The notes: generated from the sequence alone by a model not told the origin. Counted from the stretch's first letter, positions 27,071-37,022 are shown. The stretch: 64,000 nt of DNA from an uncultured Candidatus Peribacteria bacterium (GCA_964597665.1 CAZQYX010000002.1:12723-76722), one strand, 5' to 3'. Made by a program: numbers and translations.

Positions 27071-29878
27071 ATGTATGCCATTTTTAGAGAGATGCCCTCG
27101 ATCGGCCTCCTTCCCGTTTTTTTGCAAAGCTTCTGGTACACTTTCCCTGTGCTCGACAAAGCTTACGATCCAAAGGCGGTAGAGGATCGCATCTATAAGA
27201 TGTGGGAGGAGAGCGGTGCGTTCAAACCCGAATCCTGCCCCAAGGACGGAGAGCCCTTCACGATCAGCATGCCGCCGCCGAATGCGACGGGGCAGCTGCA
27301 TCTCGGGCATGCGGCGCGTATGTCCACTGAAGATATCCTTACGCGTTTTGCACGCATGCAGGGGAAGAAAACATTATGGGTTCCCGGTACTGACCATGCA
27401 GCGATTGCAACGGAGAACGTTGTGATTAAGTTGCTCAAAGAGCAGGGGATGAAAGATCCTCGAAAGGAATTGGGACGAGAAAAGCTGATTGCAAAAATCG
27501 CCGAGTTCGTGGAGAGAAGTAAAGCGACGATACGCTCGCAAGTTCGAAAAATGGGTAGCAGCTGCGATTGGTCACGAGAACGGTACACATTCGAACCGTC
27601 ACTGAATCGTTGCGTGAACGAGGTGTTTTGCAAGATGAAGAATGACGGCCTTATTTATCGCGGTCATCGTATTGTGAATTGGGATCCGAAACTGCAGACG
27701 ACCGTTTCCGATGATGAAGTTGTGTACAAAGAGGAGCAGTGTTCCTTCTACACCTTTCAGTATGGTCCGTTTGAGATCAGTACTGCGCGTCCGGAGACAA
27801 AGTTCGGTGACAAGTATGTCGTCATGCATCCGAAAGACCCGCGCTACAAAAAATATAAGCATGGTGAGACGTTTGAGGCAGAGTGGATAAACGGAAAAGT
27901 TCGTGCGACGGTCATCAAAGACGATTCCGTCGATCCTGAATTTGGCACTGGCGTGATGACGATTACGCCTTGGCACGATCATATTGATTTTGAGATCGCC
28001 GAGCGCCATGGGCTGGAGAAAGAGCAGATCATTGGCTTTGATGGTCGTTTGCTGGAGATCGCCGGTGAATTTTCGGGCATGAAGATCGAAGAGGCTCGTC
28101 CTCTGATTGTGGAGAAGTTGAAGACAAAAAAACTTCTGGTGAAAGTCGTCGATCACTACGTTCACAACAAGGCGGTGAGCCAGCGTGGCGGGGGAGTACT
28201 TGAACCGCAAATCAAACTTCAGTGGTTCATCGATGTGAATAAAGAAACAGTCGCATGGAAAGCAAAAGGCTCAAACAAATCTGAGAAGATGAGTCTGAAG
28301 CAAATCATGCATTCGGTCGTGCATCACGGAGATATCGAGATCATTCCAGATAGGTTCGGCAAGACCTATTTCCACTGGATCGATAATCTGCGTGACTGGT
28401 GCATCTCCCGTCAGATCTGGTGGGGACATAGAATCCCCGTGTACTACTGTACGAAGTGTAAAAATCCCGACGGCAGTCCTTTGGATCTTCTGTCCATCGA
28501 TCCGAAGGGCTTTAAGGTTCATGAACTTTGCGGATTTCCGGTTGAACAGGATCCCGATACGCTCGATACGTGGTTCAGCTCTGCCATGTGGACGTGGTCG
28601 ACGCTCGTCGATCCAAAGGTTACGGAGAATTTGGGCCTGAGTCTCGAAGAAATCCTCAAACAAAGTCCTGATTTTCAGTCATTTCATCCAACGACAGTGA
28701 TGGAGACAGCGTACGATATCCTCTTTTTTTGGGTTGCGCGTATGATTTTGATGACGACCTATGCAATCGGCGATGTTCCATTTAAAACGGTGTATCTTTC
28801 CGGTCTTATCCGAACCAGAGACGGAAGAAAAATGAGTAAATCAGATCCTGATACTGCGATCGATCCGCTCGAGATCGTCAAAGAGTATGGAGCGGATGCT
28901 CTTCGTTTAAGCATGATTGTCGGTCAGAGTGCTGGGAATGACACGCGTCTCTATAAGGAGAAGATCGCGGGCTACAGGAACTTCATCAACAAGCTCTGGA
29001 ATGCATCGCGCTTCGTGCTCATGCAGTGCGAGCAGGCAGGGATTGATCCAAAGACGATCGACAAGCTTCCGGAAAATTCGTCTTTATCACTCGCTGACCG
29101 TGCAGTCCTTCATGCATCTGAAATCCTGATTGCAGACGTAACAAAAGGCCTTTCGGCCTACAGTCTCAGCGAGGCAGGGGATAGGCTGTATAGCTTCGTC
29201 TGGGACTACTTCTGCGACTGGTACCTCGAGCTCTCGAAAGGGACAGCGAACCATGCCGTGCTCGTGCATGTCCTGCGGAGGATTCTCAAGCTTCTGCATC
29301 CCTACTGTCCGTTCGTTACGGAAACATTATGGGCTGAGGTGAAGAAGAAGGCCGACGGTGCGCTGATCTCAGAGACGTGGCCTGCTCCCCATGAGAAGCG
29401 GAAAGATCCGAAGGCCTTTGCCGATCTGCAGATCCTCATCGATGTCATCTCGGCAATTCGAAAGCTGCGGACAGACCAGAATGTCGAGCCGGGGAAAGAG
29501 ATTGCAGTTACGATTGTCGGAAAAAAATTCTGCGAGCTTCTTGAGTCGCAGGAAGCGCATATTCGGCGCATGTGTAAAGTAGGAAGCCTCACGTTTACGA
29601 CGGATACGGCGAAAGTGGAGAATGCAGCGAGCGCATTCCTGCCGGATATTGAGATTCATCTTTCGCTTGCTGGCCTCTTCGATGCAGGGAAGTTGAAGGA
29701 AAGTTTAAATAAAGAGCAGGCGGAGCTTACGAAGTATATCGGCGGTCTGCAGGGGAAGCTTAACAATAAGAGTTTTGTCGATAAGGCTCCGAAAGAACTT
29801 GTCGATGAACAGAAGGTAAAACTTGCGGAGGCGGAGGAGAAGTTGAAGAAGATAGGGGAGAGGTTGAGGAGTCTTTAA
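27071..29878 (+). CDS. valS: valine--tRNA ligase
   Basis: PPPNATGQLHLGHA (HIGH), KMSKS, and a C-terminal coiled coil. The true start may lie slightly downstream of 27071. Confidence 0.95.
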   Translation: MYAIFREMPSIGLLPVFLQSFWYTFPVLDKAYDPKAVEDRIYKMWEESGAFKPESCPKDGEPFTISMPPPNATGQLHLGHAARMSTEDILTRFARMQGKKTLWVPGTDHAAIATENVVIKLLKEQGMKDPRKELGREKLIAKIAEFVERSKATIRSQVRKMGSSCDWSRERYTFEPSLNRCVNEVFCKMKNDGLIYRGHRIVNWDPKLQTTVSDDEVVYKEEQCSFYTFQYGPFEISTARPETKFGDKYVVMHPKDPRYKKYKHGETFEAEWINGKVRATVIKDDSVDPEFGTGVMTITPWHDHIDFEIAERHGLEKEQIIGFDGRLLEIAGEFSGMKIEEARPLIVEKLKTKKLLVKVVDHYVHNKAVSQRGGGVLEPQIKLQWFIDVNKETVAWKAKGSNKSEKMSLKQIMHSVVHHGDIEIIPDRFGKTYFHWIDNLRDWCISRQIWWGHRIPVYYCTKCKNPDGSPLDLLSIDPKGFKVHELCGFPVEQDPDTLDTWFSSAMWTWSTLVDPKVTENLGLSLEEILKQSPDFQSFHPTTVMETAYDILFFWVARMILMTTYAIGDVPFKTVYLSGLIRTRDGRKMSKSDPDTAIDPLEIVKEYGADALRLSMIVGQSAGNDTRLYKEKIAGYRNFINKLWNASRFVLMQCEQAGIDPKTIDKLPENSSLSLADRAVLHASEILIADVTKGLSAYSLSEAGDRLYSFVWDYFCDWYLELSKGTANHAVLVHVLRRILKLLHPYCPFVTETLWAEVKKKADGALISETWPAPHEKRKDPKAFADLQILIDVISAIRKLRTDQNVEPGKEIAVTIVGKKFCELLESQEAHIRRMCKVGSLTFTTDTAKVENAASAFLPDIEIHLSLAGLFDAGKLKESLNKEQAELTKYIGGLQGKLNNKSFVDKAPKELVDEQKVKLAEAEEKLKKIGERLRSL

Positions 29879-29883
29879 TGCAA

Positions 29884-31080
29884 TTATTCAATAAACATCA
29901 AATCCAACTCCTTCTTTGTCCCGCTCCTTACCGACAGTGCCGCTCCTCTCGTCACGCTGTCTCTGCCGAACCGCATGTGCAGCGTATCAATTGCTTTCTG
30001 CAAATGTTCCTCATTGTTTGATTTTTTGGTGTCATCGAAGAGAGACTGCTGCATCACGTCGGTCGATCGTAAGCCATGAAGAGCAAGGCCAACTTGCGTG
30101 TACCGTCGACTGGCTTTTAGCAATTCTTCGAGTGCGGAGAGTGCTGCCGGTACCAACTGAGAGGTATTCGTGCATGGGTCATGCAATCTTCGTCGTGCGT
30201 ATGAACCGTCGTAGTCTCCCGTTCGCAGCCATACGGAAATTTCTCTGCAAGCAAGACTGTCGCGTCGCATCTTCATGATGCAATATTCAAGATGCTTCAG
30301 AAGATGCGCTTTCACGAGATCTCTGTCGGCCGTTGCTCTGAACGCTCTGCAGCGGGAGATGGACTTTGGTGGACGTGTGTCTTTGCTTACTGTGTACACC
30401 TGTTCACCGAGTAATTCCCGCTTCAGCTCGATGCCCGTGCTGCCGCAGATAGCACGAAGCGAATTGTCCGGTGCACGGGCGAGATCCCATGCGGTGATCC
30501 AGCCAGCCGCATCGGTTTTTATGCTTCGCTGTCTGCCGATTCCGCAGATGGCTCCTGCAGGACGGTCTTTGAGAAACTGTTCAATGTTTCTTTTTTCAAC
30601 AACAGTGATCCCTCCCGGTTTTCGATACTCACTTGCCATTTTTGAGAGCGTTTTTGTTGGGGCAACGCCGATGGACATCGAGAGATCGGTTTCCCGGAGG
30701 ATCTTTTCCCGTGTTTTTTTCGCCCATGCTTCCGGATGATCCGGATCACCGCCGACAAGTGATGATAGATCTAAAAACCATTCATCGATCGACATCTGTT
30801 CCACGATTGGGCAGATGTCTTTCAGGATCGATTCGATTTGTGATGAGGCGATACCGGTCTCTCTGAAATCGGATGGCATTTCGATCGCGTTTGGTACAAG
30901 TTTTCTGGCTTCCGAAAGCCTCATACCGGTTTTTACGCCGAAGGCTTTCGCTTCGTAGGTTGCGGCGATGATACATCCACCGCCCATGCCGACGGCGAGC
31001 AGCGGTTTTCCTCTCAAATGAGGATGCTTTCGAACAAGAACGGATGCAAAGAAAGAATCCGCATCAAGATGCGCAATCAT
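29884..31080 (-). CDS. dinB: Y-family DNA polymerase (Pol IV-like)
   Basis: MIAHLDADSFFASV, SIDEWFLD, and little-finger region. 398 aa, immediately downstream of lexA. Confidence 0.88.
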   Translation of the reverse strand: MIAHLDADSFFASVLVRKHPHLRGKPLLAVGMGGGCIIAATYEAKAFGVKTGMRLSEARKLVPNAIEMPSDFRETGIASSQIESILKDICPIVEQMSIDEWFLDLSSLVGGDPDHPEAWAKKTREKILRETDLSMSIGVAPTKTLSKMASEYRKPGGITVVEKRNIEQFLKDRPAGAICGIGRQRSIKTDAAGWITAWDLARAPDNSLRAICGSTGIELKRELLGEQVYTVSKDTRPPKSISRCRAFRATADRDLVKAHLLKHLEYCIMKMRRDSLACREISVWLRTGDYDGSYARRRLHDPCTNTSQLVPAALSALEELLKASRRYTQVGLALHGLRSTDVMQQSLFDDTKKSNNEEHLQKAIDTLHMRFGRDSVTRGAALSVRSGTKKELDLMFIE

Positions 31081-31098
31081 GACGATGAAGGAAAAATG

Positions 31099-31728
31099 CT
31101 AATAATATTTCCTGACCGTTCCCGTCACCACTCCCGCGATTTTCAGTTCCTCCATCGCGAAAAGATCGGGGTACTCTGGATTCTCCGCTTGCAGATAGAA
31201 TTTCCCTTGGCCTTTCTTGAGGCGCTTTAGGGTGAATTCTCCGTCCATGATACCAACGACGATGTCTTCGGGCTTCGGATGTCGGTTTCTGTCGACGATG
31301 ACAAGATCTCCTTCTCTGATCCCTGCATTGATCATACTGTCGCCTTTCACGCGCAGGAGGAACGTCGAGGACCTATCTTTCACGAGGTAATTCTCGAGCG
31401 TGATCTTTTCTTCTGCATGTTCCTCAACTGGGGCGGCAAAGCCTGCGGCGATGGGGCCGAAGAGCGGGAGGATCATCGGCATGAACGCATCATCGCCCTG
31501 CGACATCGAGACAATCTTGATTCTTCCTTTTGGGTCTTTCTCGATTTGCTTCTCGGCAACGAGCGTATTCACTACTTTTGCCACCGAGTTCTTACTTCGC
31601 ACACCGAAGGCAACGGCAAGATCTGCAAGAGAAGGCGAGTACCCTCGCTTGCTTTGGAATTCTGTAATGTAATTGAGAACGGTTCTCTGGTGAGGAGTGA
31701 GAGTCATGAGGGTGTGGGGTAAGGACAA
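31099..31728 (-). CDS. lexA: LexA repressor
   Basis: Winged HTH N-terminus (LTPHQRTVLNYITEFQSKRGYSPSLADLA) and S24 peptidase core (VKGDSMINAGI...GEFTLKRL). Confidence 0.92.
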   Translation of the reverse strand: MSLPHTLMTLTPHQRTVLNYITEFQSKRGYSPSLADLAVAFGVRSKNSVAKVVNTLVAEKQIEKDPKGRIKIVSMSQGDDAFMPMILPLFGPIAAGFAAPVEEHAEEKITLENYLVKDRSSTFLLRVKGDSMINAGIREGDLVIVDRNRHPKPEDIVVGIMDGEFTLKRLKKGQGKFYLQAENPEYPDLFAMEELKIAGVVTGTVRKYY

Positions 31729-31773
31729 AACACTCGTACACCATCATAGGTGGACGAATGTACACGGTCAATA

Positions 31774-31847
31774 GAAAATTCCAAATTCCAAAAACCAAAA
31801 TCCAAGCAGCGATACGATCTATTGGAATTTGGGTTTTGGTTTTTGGC
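31774..31847. repeat. AATTCCAAA-type periodic inverted repeat (copy A2)
   Basis: gaaaattccaaattccaaaaaccaaaatccaa / ttggaatttgggttttggtttttggc with a 16-nt loop. Confidence 0.7.
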
Positions 31848-31857
31848 TTTTTTTGTC

Positions 31858-32760
31858 TCATCCAATCTTATCTAGCTCCTTCTCCTTAATAAGTTCCATG
31901 TACATGATGGTCCACACGGCCTGCTTGAAGACGTGCAGGTAGGCGAAGAAGTACGCGGCAACGAGTGTCAGAGCAAGTCCGACAAAACCTGCGATCGAAT
32001 AACTGACAATCGGCTGGAAGACGTAGGTGAGCCCGAGCCCGATGCCGAGCATGGCGACCGGAACGAGGACGATCACGAGCGTATTGATGAAGATCCTGAG
32101 CGAAATGACGAGGAGGAGCATCGCGAGGAACATGACGTGCGGCATGTATCCCATGATCAGCTTCACACTCTTGGCCCCGGAGACAAAGATGCTGAGCTTC
32201 TCGACGACGATACCTGGTTCAGTGAAGCTGCTGAAGAATTTCATGATGTTCGAGACGATCCAGACGATCGATGCGACAACGATCATCATGGTTTTCAGCC
32301 CCGCTCCGTAGCGCAGGATAATCGAGATGGCCGTGATGAAGATCGATAGGCTCGAGAAGATGAAGACTTCGTGCACCGCCAGGATCGGGAAGAAGTTATA
32401 CAGAGCGAGGATGAAGCCGCCCTGCACCTTTTCCTTTCCGTGCGCTTTTGCCGTGAGACCGATGATGGCACCGTCCGCGAGACTGGGGACGAAGAGCTCG
32501 ACGATGACGAGCAGGATGAAGGCGATCATCAGGCTTATAAACAACCAGAAGGGGATACTGTTATAGAGGAGAATCTCGATATCGAAGAGCCCTCCGCCTT
32601 CTCCTTTGAAGTAGCTGTAGATGAAGTAGACCTGGTAGACGAGGAGTTTCACGTCGAGCAATATTTCGAAGAACGACCCAAAGAACCCCCAACGTTTGAG
32701 GTGAGACTCGGTCGTTGTGATGGCCCACGCGTGTGCAATGATCTCTCGTGGGGTGAGCAT
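31858..32760 (-). CDS. polytopic membrane protein, function unknown
   Basis: About 7 TM segments. Start placed at ATG 32760 to avoid overlapping the upstream gene. Confidence 0.6.
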   Translation of the reverse strand: MLTPREIIAHAWAITTTESHLKRWGFFGSFFEILLDVKLLVYQVYFIYSYFKGEGGGLFDIEILLYNSIPFWLFISLMIAFILLVIVELFVPSLADGAIIGLTAKAHGKEKVQGGFILALYNFFPILAVHEVFIFSSLSIFITAISIILRYGAGLKTMMIVVASIVWIVSNIMKFFSSFTEPGIVVEKLSIFVSGAKSVKLIMGYMPHVMFLAMLLLVISLRIFINTLVIVLVPVAMLGIGLGLTYVFQPIVSYSIAGFVGLALTLVAAYFFAYLHVFKQAVWTIMYMELIKEKELDKIG

Positions 32761-32779
32761 CGGGAAGAGAGAAGGGAAT

Positions 32780-34336
32780 TTACGGGACGAGATTCTGCAA
32801 AGGAGTGTAGTGGTAATCCTTGCCGAGGACGATGACAATATCAGGCTGTTCTTCGCCGAATGACAGAGCCTCGGGCGTTCTATTCTCCGTCATCGTGAGG
32901 AGCTTCGTGAGGAGAGCAAGCGTTGCCTCCGCATGATCTTTCAATGCCGGATCGCTTGGACGCAGTGCAAACCATGAACGATCGAACGCGGTATTCGGTT
33001 TGCTGAAGTTGCGTGTCTTGATCACGTTGAACCCATATCTGGTCATCTCATCGCCGAGCGCGCGTGCAGCACCCGATATCGCACCGGCGTTGAGGATCAT
33101 GATGGACGGAGGACGAAGGAAGGCTTCTCTTTCGGTTGTGAGGAGCTTTTGCAGTCCCTGAATTTGTTTCCACGTCACCGGGAACTCCGGCATCGAAACG
33201 GGGAGGAAGACGGAAGCACCCTCGAACTCTTCACGTGGGGGAGCGTAGAGGAAACCTCCGGATTTGCTGAGACCTCCGTAGAGACCATTCTGATCCGACA
33301 GCTGGATATTGATGATATTGCTTCGATCGATATTTTTGGCAAGCTCTGTGAGTCCGAGGAGTTCGCGCGCCTCAAATGTGGTATGCATATTGCGTGCGAT
33401 GATGCTCAGGATATCGCTCACCTTTCCGAGATTCTTGAGGAGACCCATGGATTTTGCTTTCTCCGAAGCGGCGATGATGATTTGCTGTTGTCTGCCTGAG
33501 CGTGAGAAATCGCTTGTTGAGTGCCTGCTGCGCGCATACTTGAGAGCGGTCGCTCCATCGAGATGCTGCGGACCTTTGGCAAGAGAAAACGTCTCGTACG
33601 AGTAGTTCGGCCCCGGATATTGCGTGTCCAGAAGATCGTCCGGGACATCGATATCGATGCCTCCGATTGCATCGATGCCTTGCTCGAATCCCGAAAAATT
33701 CAATTTGATCACGCCGTGGATCTGCAGACCCAGTACTGCACCGATCTCTCTTGCAAGTTGTCGCATCGATTCCTTGGCTGCATTGCCTTGGTCCATTCCC
33801 GACCGTAGAAGTTGGTTTTTGTAATCGCGATAGAGACTGTTGATCCGTCCCTTCCCCATTTTGTCGGTGGAGAGGAAGTAGAGATCGCGCGGAAGAGAGA
33901 GCATCACTGCACTCTTCGTTGTCTTGGGATCCAGACTGACGACCATGACGGTGTCGGTGAGATCGATGCCCGAGTGATCGCTGTCTCCCTCTCCGAGTAG
34001 CAGTACATTCGTCATTCCATGATCGTCTTTGCCGGGATGGCTACTGACTGCCGAGACCATGCTCCCAAGAGAGATTGCTTTCAGGCGAACGAGAAATTTT
34101 AGCGTACCGATGAGGAGAAGTAGGATCAGGAGCCCCGAAACCAGGATTACCATCGTGCGTTTCAGGACGCGAACACGCTTCTGTTCCTCTTTTTCCTTCT
34201 CCTCACGGTGCTTCATTTGACGGTAGAGATGGACTGCCGCTTCGAGGATGCCTGTGCCGATCACTGCAAACTTCCGAAACCGGCTTGGCTTCTTCTCCTC
34301 GCGAATGGGTCGTGAGACGAAAGACATCGCAGGCAT
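32780..34336 (-). CDS. LytR-CpsA-Psr (LCP) family protein
   Basis: TM anchor, then TNVLLLGEGDSD...DTVMVVSLDP...SLPRDLY, ALKYARSRHS, and a LytR_C-like tail. Confidence 0.85.
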   Translation of the reverse strand: MPAMSFVSRPIREEKKPSRFRKFAVIGTGILEAAVHLYRQMKHREEKEKEEQKRVRVLKRTMVILVSGLLILLLLIGTLKFLVRLKAISLGSMVSAVSSHPGKDDHGMTNVLLLGEGDSDHSGIDLTDTVMVVSLDPKTTKSAVMLSLPRDLYFLSTDKMGKGRINSLYRDYKNQLLRSGMDQGNAAKESMRQLAREIGAVLGLQIHGVIKLNFSGFEQGIDAIGGIDIDVPDDLLDTQYPGPNYSYETFSLAKGPQHLDGATALKYARSRHSTSDFSRSGRQQQIIIAASEKAKSMGLLKNLGKVSDILSIIARNMHTTFEARELLGLTELAKNIDRSNIINIQLSDQNGLYGGLSKSGGFLYAPPREEFEGASVFLPVSMPEFPVTWKQIQGLQKLLTTEREAFLRPPSIMILNAGAISGAARALGDEMTRYGFNVIKTRNFSKPNTAFDRSWFALRPSDPALKDHAEATLALLTKLLTMTENRTPEALSFGEEQPDIVIVLGKDYHYTPLQNLVP

Positions 34337-34375
34337 TCTACTGAAGCAATGATCATTGAGGAAGGGACAGGTTCT

Positions 34376-34972
34376 TCACTTGCCCGCTTTTTTCTTTGTC
34401 TCCTCATAGTACGTGACCAAGGACCCAAGCGGTTTTCTCTCAGGCTCGCGAGACGCTTCTTCATCGCCTTTTTTGATAGAACCGAGCATGAGTCCTCCGA
34501 CAACCATCTGATGCTCTTTCAGCTTCAGCGCTTGGTGTGCGGGACCGTGGTGCAGCGAGACCCAGCAGCTGCCGATGCCCATACTCGTTGCCGCGAGCAT
34601 CATGCTGTAGGCCGCCATCGCACAGGAATATTCCATCTCCCGCGGGTTCCACATCGTGCACACCGCACCTGCAGCCGAGCTCTTGTCGCAGGCGAGAACG
34701 ATGAAGACACTCGAGCCGGCGACGAAATTTCCATAGCATGATGTTTTCATGAGCTCTGTCTTGAGTAGAGAATCGAGAACGACATGGAACTCCCATGGTT
34801 GAATATTTTCGACACTGGGAGCGATTCTGCCCGCTTCGAGAATCTTTTTCAGGTTCTCCCACTCGATGGGATCGCTTGAGAACGAGCGAATGCTTCGTCT
34901 TGTCGTCATGAGTGCTAGGAGTTGATCGTAGGTTGTCATAGTGAGGAGAGGGAACAGGAGCAGAGTATACAC
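34376..34972 (-). CDS. nitroreductase-family protein
   Basis: TRRSIRSF, APSVENIQPWEF. 198 aa. Confidence 0.8.
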   Translation of the reverse strand: MYTLLLFPLLTMTTYDQLLALMTTRRSIRSFSSDPIEWENLKKILEAGRIAPSVENIQPWEFHVVLDSLLKTELMKTSCYGNFVAGSSVFIVLACDKSSAAGAVCTMWNPREMEYSCAMAAYSMMLAATSMGIGSCWVSLHHGPAHQALKLKEHQMVVGGLMLGSIKKGDEEASREPERKPLGSLVTYYEETKKKAGK

Positions 34973-35001
34973 AAAAAAAGACCCCGCAGTGCGGGGTCTT
35001 T
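34973..35001 (-). terminator. Rho-independent terminator after the zinc-ribbon gene
   Basis: Minus strand reads GACCCCGC-act-GCGGGGTC followed by TTTTTTT. Confidence 0.75.
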
Positions 35002-35017
35002 GATAGCGGATGGAAGC

Positions 35018-35311
35018 TTACGCAGCCATACCTGTGTTCTTCTCTGCCTTGAAGCAGTTGAGACACAGAACCGGACGACCGCCTTCGGACTCCGGACGTG
35101 GCTTGAACGGAACCTCGCAGGGCGCGGCGCACTTGGCGCACGTTGCGGGGAACATTTGCCTCGTGGCATTGCGATCCTGCTTGCGCTTGTCGCGGCAGTC
35201 CTTGCACCTCTGGGGTGCTGCGAGACCGCGCTCGGCGTAGAAGGCTTGCTCACCCTCGGTGAACGTAAAGGCTGCGCCGCAATCGCGGCAGGTGATCTGT
35301 TGATCAGCCAT
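35018..35311 (-). CDS. zinc-ribbon protein (zf-trcl-like), paralogue of 9612-9902
   Basis: MADQQITCRDCGAAFTFTEGEQAFYAERGLAAPQRCKDCRDKRK ... CAKCAAPCEV...LCLNCF. Start at ATG 35311. Confidence 0.7.
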   Translation of the reverse strand: MADQQITCRDCGAAFTFTEGEQAFYAERGLAAPQRCKDCRDKRKQDRNATRQMFPATCAKCAAPCEVPFKPRPESEGGRPVLCLNCFKAEKNTGMAA

Positions 35312-35460
35312 AAAAAAGAAAGAAAAAAAGAAGTAAAGTTGCACACGTTCCTTCTTTTCTAGCTTCTTCGGGATTGTATTCCGCGGGTCAGACTATTCGA
35401 GAGAGGTCGTTTTGCACTCTCACTGTATTCCTTTCGAGCGCTTTCGTCAATAGAACTTGA

Positions 35461-35874
35461 CTAACTGATCCAAATTCCGAGGACGGTCACCGCCGCTCCA
35501 AACAGGATTCCGCCGATGACTTCTTTCATCGAGTGTCCGATGCGTTCCGAGAAATGTGCTTTCTTTTGAAGCAGGTTGAGGATCTTTGCTTGTTCGCCTA
35601 TAGCATGACGGGAGCTCATTGCGTCGTAGTAGACAAGGCATGCAAAGACGAAGCTGATTGCAAATTCCACTGACTCAGTTCCTGTCTTCACGCCGACGAT
35701 CATCAGAAGAGACGTCACGAATGCAGCATGGCTGCTTGGCATGCCACCCGGACGGAAGAGTCCCTCGTGCCATGCACCGCGCTCGATGCCCTCCGTGATC
35801 ACTTTCAGCAGTTCGGCAGCTACACCGACGAGGAGCGGGATGAGGAAGAGGTAGTGGCTGAGGAGGAAGTGCAT
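35461..35874 (-). CDS. divergent PAP2 / DUF212 (YuiD-like) membrane protein
   Basis: GGMPSSHAAFVTSL and GHS..EV..G blocks. Start at ATG 35874; the longer track ORF reads through a repeat arm. Confidence 0.75.
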   Translation of the reverse strand: MHFLLSHYLFLIPLLVGVAAELLKVITEGIERGAWHEGLFRPGGMPSSHAAFVTSLLMIVGVKTGTESVEFAISFVFACLVYYDAMSSRHAIGEQAKILNLLQKKAHFSERIGHSMKEVIGGILFGAAVTVLGIWIS

Positions 35875-35884
35875 CGGGAGGTGA

Positions 35885-35990
35885 GGAAGGTCGGGTAGGT
35901 TTGGTAGGTACGGTAGGGGACCCACGTTTTTCTTTCAATCAAAAGTAGGTGTCTTTCGACACCTACCCTACTTACCAAACATACCAAACC
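35885..35990. repeat. GGTAGGTT-type periodic inverted repeat (copy B1) enclosing the rplL terminator
   Basis: Left arm aggtcgggtaggtttggtaggtacggtagggg (35885-35919) and right arm cctaccctacttaccaaacataccaaacc (35961-35990). Confidence 0.7.
35941..35966 (-). terminator. Rho-independent terminator of rplL
   Basis: Minus strand reads GTAGGTGTC-GAAA-GACACCTAC followed by TTTT, about 25 nt after the rplL stop. Confidence 0.7.
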
Positions 35991-36383
35991 TTATTTCAGT
36001 GTTACCTTCCCTCCTGCTGCTTCGATCTTCTTCTTCATGTCGTCGGCTGCAGCTTTATCGACTCCCTTCTTGAGTACGGACGGGGCCTTGTCGACTAAGT
36101 CCTTCGCTTCGCCAAGACCAAGCTGCGTGAGCTCGCGAACGACTTTGATGATCGCGATCTTCTGCGCACCTGCTTCGGTGAGCTCGACGTCGTAGCTGGA
36201 CTTCTCTTCGGCTGCTGCTGCGGCCGGTGCGGCTGCTGCTGCGGCTGCAACAGGAGCTGCTGCGGAGATTCCGTACTGCTTCTCCATGAACTTCACGACG
36301 TTATTGAGCTGAATGACGTTCAGCTTCTCGAGTGCGTCGATCACTGCTTGTTCCTCTTTTACGAGGGTGAGTGCGTCTGACAT
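35991..36383 (-). CDS. rplL: 50S ribosomal protein L7/L12
   Basis: Ala-rich hinge and C-terminal domain (KIAIIKVVRELTQLGLGEAKDLVD...). 130 aa. Confidence 0.95.
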   Translation of the reverse strand: MSDALTLVKEEQAVIDALEKLNVIQLNNVVKFMEKQYGISAAAPVAAAAAAAPAAAAAEEKSSYDVELTEAGAQKIAIIKVVRELTQLGLGEAKDLVDKAPSVLKKGVDKAAADDMKKKIEAAGGKVTLK

Positions 36384-36416
36384 AGGAATGAGGGGAAAAA
36401 GAGGGGATAAAATTGA

Positions 36417-37022
36417 TTATACGGTTGGGGTTGCTGCAGCGGGAGCAGCAGCTGCCGGAGTTTCTGCAGCGACAGGTGCGCTGGCAGCCGGAGTGGACAG
36501 AGCTTTGTTCTTCGCGATCTCGCTGAGAAGTCTTGCAAAACCGGAGAGCGGACTGCTGCAGGCGGAGGCGAAGGATACGAGCGGGCTTTGGCACATCGAC
36601 ATGAACGTTGCAAGCAGAACCTGCTTGCTCGGAATCACGGCGAGATCATTGGCTTCGACCTTCGAGAGAATTTTTCCGGAAAACACTCCGCCAATGAGCT
36701 TCACCTGTGCATGCGTCTTACCAAATGAAAAAGCGATAGAGGCGCCGGCTGTCGGTTCCTTCATACTGAAGAGACAGGCAACGGCTCCATCAAGCATCGC
36801 ATCGGAGATTTCCGGGAGCTTTGCTTCCTTCGCAGCGATTTGAATGAGGGATTTCTTGGCTACCTGCATTTCGGCGTGCTCTTTCTTGAGAGCTGCGCGG
36901 AGCTTCGTGATATCAGAAACGGTGAGCCCGATATACTGCGTGAAGATCACGGATGAGGCCTTGGACATTTTGTCCTTCAATTCGGTGATCTGGGTTGCCT
37001 TTTGCGACCTTGAGAGGGCCAT
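36417..37022 (-). CDS. rplJ: 50S ribosomal protein L10 (with Ala/Pro-rich C-terminal tail)
   Basis: MALSRSQKATQITELKDKMSKASSVIFTQYIGLTVSDITKLR. Start at ATG 37022. Confidence 0.92.
   Translation of the reverse strand: MALSRSQKATQITELKDKMSKASSVIFTQYIGLTVSDITKLRAALKKEHAEMQVAKKSLIQIAAKEAKLPEISDAMLDGAVACLFSMKEPTAGASIAFSFGKTHAQVKLIGGVFSGKILSKVEANDLAVIPSKQVLLATFMSMCQSPLVSFASACSSPLSGFARLLSEIAKNKALSTPAASAPVAAETPAAAAPAAATPTV

Noticed and set aside
34461-35207. 248-aa ORF on the minus strand spanning the nitroreductase and zinc-ribbon genes
   Set aside because: It is an out-of-frame overlap of two well-supported genes and crosses a strong terminator. The sequence is Arg/Ser-rich and not protein-like.
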